A DNA stretch of 64,000 nt from Solihabitans fulvus (GTDB lineage: Bacteria; Actinomycetota; Actinomycetes; Mycobacteriales; Pseudonocardiaceae): the NCBI RefSeq assembly GCF_008386585.1, contig NZ_VUOB01000005.1, positions 40,232 to 104,231 on the forward strand. The letters run 5' to 3'. The position numbers and the translations under genes were made by a program. Positions 16,873 through 26,579 of the stretch are shown one piece after another. A model generated the notes under the pieces. It had not been told where the DNA came from. It saw only the letters and a list, made by a program, of their open reading frames with translations, and made no database searches. The stretch's first letter is position 1. Each line of letters begins with the position of its first letter.

Positions 16873-19509
16873 CTACGCAGCGAGTGGGAAACGGCGGTCG
16901 ACCAGCCACGCGCGGTCGCCGCCGTGCCGCAGGCGCAGCAGGAAGTCCAACACCCCGGCGAACCCCACCTGGTAGCTCGGGCAGACCTCCCGCAGCGTGT
17001 CGTCGGGCACCAGCAACCGGCCGCGCACCCGCACCGCGCGGGTGAACAGGCAGGTCGCCAGCTCGGCGGCCTGCCGCCGATAACCGTCCTCGCCGGTCGC
17101 CTGCGCCAGGTCGAGCAGCAACTCGGCGTTGCCGGCCACGCCGTGGCAGATCCCCGGGCCGAGCCGCCACCGGTCCAGGTACGCCGCGCGGGCGGCCCGC
17201 CGCGCGTGGTCGAGGAACGTCGCGTCGCCGGTCTCCCGCCACAGCCGCACCAGGAACGTGCCGACCCCCGACGCGCCGTTGCACCAGAAGTCCAGCCCGG
17301 GACGCTCGGCCCGCCCCGGACCCTTGGGCCACCACGCGGCGTCGCCGCGCGTCCGCGCCACCGCGCACAGCGCGTGCCCGCCGCCGACCGCGACCTCGAC
17401 GAGGTCCGGCCGGCCGAGATCACGGCCCGCGGCCAGCAGGAACGCGCCGACCCCCGCGACGCCGTGCGCGAACCCGTAGCTGCCCAGCCCGGCGAGGTCG
17501 TCGCGGAATCCGCCGTCCGCCAACCAGTCCACCCCGGACCGGGCAAGGCGCACCTGCCGCAGCACCGTGTCCGCCGCGGCCGCCGCGCGCGCCGCGAACC
17601 GCTCGTCGCCGGTCGCGTGCCAGAACCGCAGCTGCGTCAGGCCGGCGCCCGCAACCCCGTGGCAGACGTCGAGATTGGGCCACGCCACGGGAATCTCCAG
17701 CGCCGACGCCGCCGCCCAGTCGGCCGTCGCGGAGTCGCCGAGCGCCACCGCCGCGTCGTGCAGCGCCCACACGGCGCCCGACCGCCCGAAGTGCAGGCCC
17801 GGCAACACCCTGCGCTCCTGCGGCAGCCGCCACCGCATCCACCGCACGGCCGACCGCAGCGCGGGCCGCGCTGACTCCAGGCCGTGCCCGACCGCGCGCC
17901 GCAGCAGCGCCACGACGCCGGCCGCGCCGGTCTGCACATTGCACGGGTCGCCGTGCGGCAGCGAGCTCGGCTGGGGCCACAGGTACTCGCCGGACGGGTC
18001 CATGGTGTCGGCCAGGTGCGCCAACCCGTCCCGCACCAACAGGTCGACGTCGACGTCCGGCAGCTCAGGCCCAGCCGACACCGGCGCCACCCGTGGCCCG
18101 CCAGTCCGCAGGAAACGCCTGGTGTGCGCCAGGGTCCACCGGTCCGGCTCGTCGGCGGTCAGGCCGAGCACAAGCGGCAACAGCGCGGCCAGCGCCGCGC
18201 TGCCCGGCGCGGCGGCGTGCGCCAGCGCCGCGAGGCGCTCGCCGATCCACCGGCCCGGCACCGTGTCCGGCACCAGCACGGGGTGAATGCCGGTGGTGGC
18301 GTGCAGGAGGGTCGCGCCGAGGCTGAAGCAGTCGGCCGACGGCTCCGGCGCGTGATCCGCGCCGGAGCGCAGGTACTCCGGGGCCACGAACCCGGCCGTG
18401 CCGACCACGGCGGTCCGCGTGCCGGGGCGCGTGGCGGCCTCGAGGTCGATCAGCAGGGGAGTGCCGTCGGACCGCATGATCACGTTGCTCGGCTTGAGGT
18501 CTCGCAGCACCAGCCCCACCGCGTGCACCCGGTCCAGCACCGAGCTCAGCGCCCCGGCGAGTTGCCAGGCGCTCTCCGGCGACGGCTGCCCGTCATGTTC
18601 GCGGTGCCAGTCCTGGAGGTTCGTGCCGTCGACGAACTCCTCGACCAGGAACAGGTGGCCGCCAGCCGAGAACAGGTCGAGCCGTTGCGGCGTGATCACG
18701 TGCGGCGCCAACAGGTCCAGCATGTCGGCCTCGTGCCGCAGCCAGTCCCGCGCGTCGCGCCCGTCGAGGTCGGCGCCGACGTGCGGGCGGGCCTCCTTGA
18801 TCAGCACGTCGTGGCCGGTGCGTTCGTCCCTGGCGCGGTACACGCCGCCCCGGTTGCTGTGCCGGATCGCCTCGCTCACCACGTAGCGGTCGGCCAGCCG
18901 CACCGGGTCGCCGCGCCGCCGTGTCGGCGTGTCCGTGGCGGGGAACGGGTCGACGGCCCAGGGCGGGGGAGCGAACCAGGGGAGCCGGTCGTCGCGGACC
19001 GAGGCGCCGTCGGGGTCGCGCAGCCGCATCTCGTAGCTGCCCTCGTCGGTCAGCTCCAGCGGCGCGTGGAAGCAGCCGTAGCGGTAGTGCACGAGACTGC
19101 CCCGGTGGTAGCGGCGGTCGGACAGGATCGCCGGCCCCGGCAGCCCGAGAGTGGCCTCGTGCAGGTCCTTGGCGAGCGCGCGCAGCCGGTCGTCGTCGGC
19201 GGGGTAGGCGGTGAGGAACTTCCCCGACCGCGCGCGATCCATCCGCGCCGACACCAGCCTGGCGGTCACCGCCGGCGTGCTGGCGAACTTGAACGCGCAG
19301 TCGTGCCGCAGCAGCACCCTGGCCGCGCGCTCCAGCACGGACGGCGCGGATCCGGGTGTCGCGGACAGGTGCAGCTTCCAGCCCTGCCGGCGCGGCTCGT
19401 GGTCGGGCGGGGTCACCAGGTACCAGGGTTCGCGCAGGTCGACCCGCCAGCCCGCGGCGGCATCCGGCTCGTCCAGGACGCGCTCGACGATGGGCAGGTA
19501 GTTCGGCAT
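16873..19509 (-). CDS. Trifunctional lanthipeptide synthetase (N-terminal lyase, Ser/Thr kinase, C-terminal LanC-like cyclase); LanL (class IV)-like
   Basis: Kinase motifs (GGVYRARD, VLIKEAR, VLRDLKPSNV, IDLEAA, GTAGFVAPE). LanC-like motifs with the Zn ligands conserved (VCHGVAGAG, FWCNGASGVG, ICHGVAGNAELLL). N-terminal lyase-like region (GWKLHLS, GKFLTAYP). Confidence 0.85.
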   Translation of the reverse strand: MPNYLPIVERVLDEPDAAAGWRVDLREPWYLVTPPDHEPRRQGWKLHLSATPGSAPSVLERAARVLLRHDCAFKFASTPAVTARLVSARMDRARSGKFLTAYPADDDRLRALAKDLHEATLGLPGPAILSDRRYHRGSLVHYRYGCFHAPLELTDEGSYEMRLRDPDGASVRDDRLPWFAPPPWAVDPFPATDTPTRRRGDPVRLADRYVVSEAIRHSNRGGVYRARDERTGHDVLIKEARPHVGADLDGRDARDWLRHEADMLDLLAPHVITPQRLDLFSAGGHLFLVEEFVDGTNLQDWHREHDGQPSPESAWQLAGALSSVLDRVHAVGLVLRDLKPSNVIMRSDGTPLLIDLEAATRPGTRTAVVGTAGFVAPEYLRSGADHAPEPSADCFSLGATLLHATTGIHPVLVPDTVPGRWIGERLAALAHAAAPGSAALAALLPLVLGLTADEPDRWTLAHTRRFLRTGGPRVAPVSAGPELPDVDVDLLVRDGLAHLADTMDPSGEYLWPQPSSLPHGDPCNVQTGAAGVVALLRRAVGHGLESARPALRSAVRWMRWRLPQERRVLPGLHFGRSGAVWALHDAAVALGDSATADWAAASALEIPVAWPNLDVCHGVAGAGLTQLRFWHATGDERFAARAAAAADTVLRQVRLARSGVDWLADGGFRDDLAGLGSYGFAHGVAGVGAFLLAAGRDLGRPDLVEVAVGGGHALCAVARTRGDAAWWPKGPGRAERPGLDFWCNGASGVGTFLVRLWRETGDATFLDHARRAARAAYLDRWRLGPGICHGVAGNAELLLDLAQATGEDGYRRQAAELATCLFTRAVRVRGRLLVPDDTLREVCPSYQVGFAGVLDFLLRLRHGGDRAWLVDRRFPLAA

Positions 19510-19648
19510 ACCGCCAGGGTCCGTCGTGCCGGTCAGAGGCGCGTCAGCGTTCGATCAGTCGCGCTGCCAGCGAGACGTCTCGCCAGTCCCCGGCGGTAGG
19601 CCCGGTCGGGGTGATCTTCCCGTACTCAGCTAGGGCAGACTCTCCGCC

Positions 19649-20719
19649 ATGGGGGTCGTGTGGTTGGTGGTGCCAGGTGCCGTGCTCGGCGCCGCGGCCG
19701 TGGGGCTCGGGTCGGTCGGCGTCGTGCGGCACCGGTGGCTGCTGCTGCCGGCGAGCCTGGCCGGCTCCAGCGCGGCGCTGCTGCTGGTGACCAGCTGGCT
19801 GCTGGCCGATCCCGGTGTCGCCAAGGCCGACGCGCTCAAGACCGGCGGCCTTGCCGGCGGCGCGATCCTCGCGCTGTACGCGCTGTGGATCAACGACCGG
19901 CGCAGGAAGACCGAGGAGGCCCGCCAGGAGATCGAGCAGCAGCGGGCGCAACTCGACCGGGACCGGGTCTCCGACGAACGGTTCGCCAAGGCGATCGAGC
20001 TGCTCGGCCACGCCGCCGACCAGGTGCGGGTCGGCGCGTTGCACGCGCTCGCCGGGCTCGCCCGCAGCCGGCCGACCTACACCCAGACCGTGCTCGACGT
20101 GCTGTGCTCCTACCTGCGCAGGCCCTTCCACCACCCCAGCTACAAGACCAGGGCCGACAATCCCCACCGGGCCGCACGCGCGTCGGGCACCCCGCAGGAA
20201 GCGGAGGCGCTCGCCGCGGCCGACCTTGAGCAGGAGGTCCGGCAGACCGCGCAGCGGCTGATCGCCGGGCTGCTGCCCAGCCGCGACGACACCTCGCCGA
20301 CGCTCTACGACCTGGACCTGTCGGCGGCGACCCTGGAGTACCTCGACCTCACCGGACGGCAGCTGGGCGCGCTCACCGCCCGACGGGCGCGGCTGTACGG
20401 CATCACCCGCCTGTCCGGCGTCCGGGTGACGGGGCCGGCGCTGTTCACCGATGCCACCTTCCACGGCCGCACCGAGCTGCGCAACGCCGTCCTCGACGGC
20501 GGCCTGTCGTTGCTCGGCGCGGAGTTCGGCGGGGAGTGGGAGCTTCGCGGCGCGCTGGTGCGGACGTTCGCCGACCTCCGCACCGCCCCGCCCAGCCAGC
20601 AGCTCGGCGCGTTCCTCGTGGAGACCGACACCGACAGGCTCCGGCTCGGCGACCACCAGGGCTGGGCGACCGTGCGGCAGCCCGACCCCGACGAGGACGA
20701 GCCGGAGACACCGAGCTAA
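19649..20719 (+). CDS. Membrane-anchored pentapeptide-repeat protein
   Basis: Two N-terminal TM helices, a charged coiled region (RRKTEEARQEIEQQRAQLDRDR), and C-terminal tandem pentapeptide repeats (LDLSAATLEYLDLTGRQLGALTARRARLYGITRLSGVRVTG...). Confidence 0.7.
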   Translation: MGVVWLVVPGAVLGAAAVGLGSVGVVRHRWLLLPASLAGSSAALLLVTSWLLADPGVAKADALKTGGLAGGAILALYALWINDRRRKTEEARQEIEQQRAQLDRDRVSDERFAKAIELLGHAADQVRVGALHALAGLARSRPTYTQTVLDVLCSYLRRPFHHPSYKTRADNPHRAARASGTPQEAEALAAADLEQEVRQTAQRLIAGLLPSRDDTSPTLYDLDLSAATLEYLDLTGRQLGALTARRARLYGITRLSGVRVTGPALFTDATFHGRTELRNAVLDGGLSLLGAEFGGEWELRGALVRTFADLRTAPPSQQLGAFLVETDTDRLRLGDHQGWATVRQPDPDEDEPETPS

Positions 20720-20737
20720 CCGCGCCGTCTAGGGCGG

Positions 20738-21670
20738 TCAGCGCAGCGCGGACTCCAGGACGGTCAGCGTGCCCGCGTCCGCGTCCAGCTCCGCCGGCAC
20801 CCCCAACGGCACGGTCAGCTGCCCAGCGCAGTGCCCGAATCCCAGGTCCCACACCATCGGCACATCCAACCCGGCCAACAGGTCCAGCAACACCGCGACC
20901 ACCTCCTCGGGCCGTCCGCACGAGGTGAACGACCCGAACGCGATGCCGGCCACCCCGTCGAACCACCCCGCGCGCAGCAGCTGCGTCACGATCCGGTCCA
21001 GCCGGTAGGGATCCTCGGTCACGTCCTCCAACAACACGATCGCGCCGTCCGGCGGCGCCGGCGCGTCCGGCGCACCCAGCGCGGACACCACCAGACTCGC
21101 GTTGCCGCCGACCGTGACACCGCGCGCGAGCCCGGGAACCAGCGTCCTCGCCCCGGCCGCGCCGAGCACCCGCACCGACTCCGGCTCGAACAGCGCGCGC
21201 CGAAAGTGCTGCTGCGCAGGCACATCGTCCACGAACCCCGGCGTGGCGACCATCGGCGCGAACACCGTCGCCACGCCGACCTGCGCGCCGAACCAGTCGT
21301 GCAACGCCGTCACATCGCTCGACCCGGCGAACACCGTGGGCCGCGCCCGCGCCAACGCCGGCCAGTCCACCAGATCAAGGATCCGCAGGCAGCCGTAGCC
21401 ACCCCGCGCGCACAGCACCGCGGCCACCTCGGGATCGCAGTACGCCCGCACCAGATCCCCGGCCCGGTCCGCATCGGCGCCCGCCAAGTACGGCAGCGTC
21501 GGATGCGCGTCGAGCACGTGCGGGGCGACCTCCACCAGCAGCCCCCACGACCGCAGCACCGCCACCCCGGCGGCCAACTGCGCCTCCGGCACCGGCCCGG
21601 CAGGCGCGACCACCACCACGCGGTCGCCCCGCCGCAACCTGGCGGGGCGACGCCGCGACGGCGAACTCAC
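20738..21670 (-). CDS. LD-carboxypeptidase (peptidase S66, LdcA/MccF family)
   Basis: S66 signatures (DRVVVVAPAG, CARGGYGCLRIL, AGSSDVTALH). GTG start overlaps the upstream S9 peptidase stop (GTGA). Confidence 0.8.
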   Translation of the reverse strand: MSSPSRRRPARLRRGDRVVVVAPAGPVPEAQLAAGVAVLRSWGLLVEVAPHVLDAHPTLPYLAGADADRAGDLVRAYCDPEVAAVLCARGGYGCLRILDLVDWPALARARPTVFAGSSDVTALHDWFGAQVGVATVFAPMVATPGFVDDVPAQQHFRRALFEPESVRVLGAAGARTLVPGLARGVTVGGNASLVVSALGAPDAPAPPDGAIVLLEDVTEDPYRLDRIVTQLLRAGWFDGVAGIAFGSFTSCGRPEEVVAVLLDLLAGLDVPMVWDLGFGHCAGQLTVPLGVPAELDADAGTLTVLESALR

Positions 21671-23640
21671 TCGCGCAGCTCCAGCACGGGAACCCCCGGC
21701 GCCTCGAAGCCCAACACCTGACCGTAGAAGGACAACTCGGCTTCCAGCGCGGCCTTGATCGTCTCCGCCCTGCGGAACCCGTGCTGCTCACCCTCGAACG
21801 TCAGGTACGCGTGCTTGACCCCAGAACCGTCCAGGGCCGCCACGAACCGGTCGGCCTGGTCGGGCGGGCAGATCTCGTCCTCGAGGCCCTGCAACAACAA
21901 CACCGGCCCGACCAACTTGTCGACCTTGCTGCTCGGCGACCGCTCCTTGTACCGGTCGGCCGCCGCAGGCCACGGCCCGACGAGGCCCTCCACGTACCGC
22001 GACTCGAAGTCGTGCGTCTCGCCGCCGTCACCGGTCCAGCCGGCCAGGTCCAGGATTGGGTACATCACGTTGCCGCACCGGTAGGTCGACACCGACGTCA
22101 TCGACGCCGCGGCGGTCCAACCGCCCGCGCTGCCGCCCCGGATCGCCAGCCGCTGGCCGTCCGCGACGCCCTCGGCCGCGAGCGCCTCGGCCACCGCGGC
22201 GCAGTCCCGGACGTCGACGACGCCCCACTGCTCGCGAAGCCGCTCCCGGAACTCCCTGCCGTAGCCGGTGGAGCCGCCGTAGTTCACCGACACCACACCG
22301 ATGCCCCTGCTGGTGAAGAACGCCAGCTCCACATCGAGCACCGGCACCGACCGACCGGTCGGGCCGCCGTGCACGTGCACCACGTACGGCGGCAGTTCGC
22401 CATCGGGCCCAGCGAAGTCGGGACTGGTCGGGGGGTAGACATAGGCGGGCACCGTCTGCCCGTCGGGGCCGGTGAACACCCGCTCCGTGGGCACCGGCAG
22501 GTAGCTGGCGTCGGGCAGCTCGTCCGGCTGCCCCGTGACGGCCGTCAGCTCGCCGTTGGACAGGTCCAGCCGCACCACTGCGGCCTCCGAGGTCGCCCCG
22601 GCCGCGCCGTTGACGACCACGCCGTCGGCCGCGACCAGATTGCCGAACCACACCGGCAGGTCGGTGTCCACGTCGGTCACCGTGCCGCTGCGCTCGTCCA
22701 GCACGGCCAGCCTCGTGTCGGCGACCACTGCGAACCGGCCGTCGCCAAGCGCGGCGAACCACCGGTTACCCAGCCGCCACATCGGGCCGCCGATCTCCCG
22801 CTCGCACGGCGCGAGGTTGCGCACCGAACCGTCCAGGCCGACGCGGTGCAGGTTCCACCAGCCGTCCGGGTCGGTCAACGCCAACAGGGTCTCGGCGGTC
22901 TCCCACTCGAACTGGCAGACCGCCTCGGTCGGACCGCCAGCCAGCACCCGGTGCTCGCCGAGCGACCCGTCCTCGGCCACGGCCGCGACACACAGCTCGG
23001 TGCCGTCCCACGGCATCGCCGGGTGGTCCCAGCCCAGCCAGGCGACGTGCCGGCCGTCGGGGCTGGCCTTCGGTCCGGTCATGAAGTGGTGGCTCGCGCC
23101 GAGCACCCGCACCTCGGCCTCGTCGGTGGCCGCCGCACCCGACACCGGCAGCGCGACCAGGTCGCGGCGGATGTCCGTGCGGGCCTCGCCCGTCGCGGCC
23201 TCGCGCACGCACCACACCTCGGTGCCGTCCGGGCTCGCGGTCAGGTCCGCGTAGCGGAATCCCTGCCGGCGCAGCGGGTCCGGACTGATCGGCTGCGGTG
23301 TCGCCGCCGCGTCGTCCGCGTCGACCAGGTACACGCGCTGGTCGTCCCAGTTGGTGAACGCCAACCGGTCACCGTCGGGAGTGCCGATCACCACCCACGG
23401 CCGGCCGCCGTACTCGTGCACGCGGTTGCGGACGTTCCACGGCGCGGACAGCACCTGCTCGGGCTGCCCGTCGGGCCCCTCCCGCAGCAGGGCGGTGCGG
23501 CCGCCCTCGGCGGGACGGCTCTCCGCCCACCACACCCGTCCGTCGTGCAGGTCGACCCACTGGAGGCCGCCGCCGGCGGCAGCCGCCTCGGCCGAGCCGA
23601 TGGGGGAGGTCCAGGTTCCATAAGGCGCGATCTTCACCAC
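21667..23640 (-). CDS. S9-family serine peptidase (prolyl oligopeptidase / acylaminoacyl-peptidase type)
   Basis: 657-aa product: N-terminal beta-propeller-like region plus C-terminal alpha/beta-hydrolase with nucleophile motif IRGGSAGGW and a downstream Asp/His pair. Confidence 0.85.
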   Translation of the reverse strand: MVKIAPYGTWTSPIGSAEAAAAGGGLQWVDLHDGRVWWAESRPAEGGRTALLREGPDGQPEQVLSAPWNVRNRVHEYGGRPWVVIGTPDGDRLAFTNWDDQRVYLVDADDAAATPQPISPDPLRRQGFRYADLTASPDGTEVWCVREAATGEARTDIRRDLVALPVSGAAATDEAEVRVLGASHHFMTGPKASPDGRHVAWLGWDHPAMPWDGTELCVAAVAEDGSLGEHRVLAGGPTEAVCQFEWETAETLLALTDPDGWWNLHRVGLDGSVRNLAPCEREIGGPMWRLGNRWFAALGDGRFAVVADTRLAVLDERSGTVTDVDTDLPVWFGNLVAADGVVVNGAAGATSEAAVVRLDLSNGELTAVTGQPDELPDASYLPVPTERVFTGPDGQTVPAYVYPPTSPDFAGPDGELPPYVVHVHGGPTGRSVPVLDVELAFFTSRGIGVVSVNYGGSTGYGREFRERLREQWGVVDVRDCAAVAEALAAEGVADGQRLAIRGGSAGGWTAAASMTSVSTYRCGNVMYPILDLAGWTGDGGETHDFESRYVEGLVGPWPAAADRYKERSPSSKVDKLVGPVLLLQGLEDEICPPDQADRFVAALDGSGVKHAYLTFEGEQHGFRRAETIKAALEAELSFYGQVLGFEAPGVPVLELRE

Positions 23641-23775
23641 GGGGCGACCCTATACGCGTACGGTCGACCCGACGATCGCCTGCCCAGCCGATTCGGCTCC
23701 GCCCCCACTCCGCCCCCACGAAAGTCGGGGGAGGGCCTGCCGCCATTCGGGCGGTGGCTTAGGGTCTTTGTTGTC

Positions 23776-24342
23776 ATGCCTCGTGTCATTCATGTATTCC
23801 GCCAACCCGACCGGTTCGTTGCCGGGACCGTCGGGCAGCCTGGCGAGCGCGCGTTCTACCTCCAGGCGTCCGAGGACGTCAGGATGGTCAGTGTCGCGCT
23901 GGAGAAGCAGCAGGTCGCCGTCCTCGCCGAGCGCATCGGCTCGCTCCTCGAGGAGGTGCATCGCAGGTTCGGCGCGGAGGTCCCCGACGCGGCCCCGGAC
24001 GACCTGCTCGACATGGAGCCGCTCCAGGCCCCCGTCGAGGAGGAGTTCCGGGTCGGCACCATGGGCCTTGGCTGGGACGCGGAGACGCGCGCGGTGGTGA
24101 TCGAACTCCTCGCGGCCACCGAGGAGGAGCTCGACGAGGCCGTCGTGCTCGACGACACTGAGGAGGGCCCCGACGCGGTCAGGGTGTTCCTCAGCCCGGC
24201 CGAGGCGCGCGCGTTCGCCGAGCGGGCCGACCGGGTCGTCAACGCGGGCCGCAAGCCGTGCCCGCTGTGCGGCGAGCCGCTGGACCCCGAGGGCCACATC
24301 TGCCCGAGGCAGAACGGCTACCGCCGCTCCGAGGGAAGCTGA
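23776..24342 (+). CDS. DUF3090-family protein
   Basis: Start MPRVIHVFRQPDRFVAGTVGQPGERAFYLQA; C-terminal CPLCGEPLDPEGHICPRQNG. The track ORF 21781.. is a long spurious upstream extension in the same frame. Confidence 0.7.
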   Translation: MPRVIHVFRQPDRFVAGTVGQPGERAFYLQASEDVRMVSVALEKQQVAVLAERIGSLLEEVHRRFGAEVPDAAPDDLLDMEPLQAPVEEEFRVGTMGLGWDAETRAVVIELLAATEEELDEAVVLDDTEEGPDAVRVFLSPAEARAFAERADRVVNAGRKPCPLCGEPLDPEGHICPRQNGYRRSEGS

Positions 24343-24349
24343 GTCAGGC

Positions 24350-25144
24350 GTGCTGCCCACCGAGCCCGGCGCGGCCGACTTACTGACCAGGGGCCGCATC
24401 GAGGTGCAGGGCAGGATGGTCGACGCGTCCAACGCGACACTGTTCTGCGGCATCAGCCTCGACGGCGTCGAGGCGCAGTGCGTGTACAAGCCGGTGCGCG
24501 GCGAGCGCCCGCTGTGGGACTTCCCCGACGGCACGCTGGCCGGCCGTGAGGTGGCCAGCTACCTGATCTCTGAGGCGTCCGGGCTGCACGTGGTGCCGCC
24601 GACGATCCTGCGGCCCGGCCCGTTCGGGCCTGGCATGGTCCAGCTGTGGGTGGAGACCCACGAGGGCGAGGACCTGGTGGACGTCGTGCCGGAGGCCGAG
24701 CTGCGCGAGGGTTGGCGGGCCGTGCTGCATGCGCACGACCGGTTCGGCTCGCCCGCCGTGCTCGCGCACGCCAACCATCCCGGACTCGCGCTGATGGCCG
24801 CGTTCGACGTGGTGGTCAACAACGCCGACCGCAAGGGCGGGCACGTGCTGCACACGCCCGACGGCGCGGTCTACGGCGTGGACCACGGCATCTGCCTGCA
24901 CACGGAGAACAAGCTGCGGACCGTGCTGTGGGGCTGGCTCGGCGAACCGCTGCCCGAGCCCGCCGTCGAGGCGCTGCACCGGATCAGGGCCGGGCTGGAC
25001 GGCGCGCTCGGCGAGGCGCTGTCGGAGCACCTGACCAGGGCCGAGGTGCGCGCGCTGACCGAGCGCGTCGAGAAGCTGTCGGCCGAAGGGGTGTTTCCCG
25101 AGCCGTCCGACGAGTGGCCGGCGATCCCGTGGCCCGCGTTCTGA
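24350..25144 (+). CDS. SCO1664-family protein (PI3/4-kinase-like fold), the usual partner of DUF3090
   Basis: Conserved actinobacterial gene pair; motifs VVVNNADRKGGHVL and DHGICL. Confidence 0.7.
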   Translation: MLPTEPGAADLLTRGRIEVQGRMVDASNATLFCGISLDGVEAQCVYKPVRGERPLWDFPDGTLAGREVASYLISEASGLHVVPPTILRPGPFGPGMVQLWVETHEGEDLVDVVPEAELREGWRAVLHAHDRFGSPAVLAHANHPGLALMAAFDVVVNNADRKGGHVLHTPDGAVYGVDHGICLHTENKLRTVLWGWLGEPLPEPAVEALHRIRAGLDGALGEALSEHLTRAEVRALTERVEKLSAEGVFPEPSDEWPAIPWPAF

Positions 25145-25265
25145 TGCACAGTGCAGGACTTCCTGAAGCCTCGCTGAAATAGACGCAAAATCCTCGAATT
25201 CCTCCCTGTCGGCGCCGAAACGGGTGTCCACTAATGGGCGTTGCGGACGCTCTGGGAGGCATGGG

Positions 25266-25526
25266 ATGTTTCGAGGCCGGCTCTCGCTCTGGACCATCGC
25301 GGGCGTGACCGCGCTGGCCGGGTCGGTGGCGACGGGCATCGCCACGGTGGTCGTGCTGGCAGGCCTGAGCTGCGGGCCGAGCGCAGGACACCCGTTGGCC
25401 GTCAGGCAGCAGTGGTGCGCGACGCACCCCGGTCACTGCCAGCACTACCCGCCGACCGCCGAGCAGGCGCGCAACGACGCCCCCGCCCAGCCCGCGATCG
25501 CCAAGCCGCAGCGCCGCGTCTCCTGA
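25266..25526 (+). CDS. Small hypothetical membrane protein (86 aa, one TM helix, CxxxxxC C-terminal motif)
   Basis: RBS GGGAGG 9 nt upstream of ATG 25266; high GC3; follows a locally AT-rich promoter-like region at 25141-25230. Confidence 0.4.
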   Translation: MFRGRLSLWTIAGVTALAGSVATGIATVVVLAGLSCGPSAGHPLAVRQQWCATHPGHCQHYPPTAEQARNDAPAQPAIAKPQRRVS

Positions 25527-25596
25527 CCCCGCGCCGCTCCCCGCGTGAAGTCCCTTTCCCCGCGCGACATCGGCGTTCGGCCGATGAGGGCGTGAG

Positions 25597-26544
<948 letters not shown>

Positions 26545-26579
26545 ACCCGCCGCGATCACCGACCGGACGGTCGGGAACA

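Noticed and set aside
16689-18286. 285-aa, 167-aa, 316-aa and 186-aa ORFs around 16.7-18.3 kb and the 571-aa ORF 17884-19599
   Set aside because: All are alternative frames or antisense of the lanthipeptide synthetase gene. Only the 16873-19509 (-) frame carries kinase and LanC motifs.
19544-20966. 370-aa (-) ORF and other ORFs overlapping the pentapeptide-repeat gene
   Set aside because: Antisense, low-complexity.
21781-23775. N-terminal 665 aa of the 853-aa ORF 21781-24342
   Set aside because: Antisense to the S9 peptidase gene. Only the last 188 aa (DUF3090, from ATG 23776) is real.
5575-25170. Shared 9-mer TCCTGAAGC at 5575 and 25161
   Set aside because: A single 9-mer coincidence is expected by chance in 64 kb on both strands; no further similarity in the flanks.
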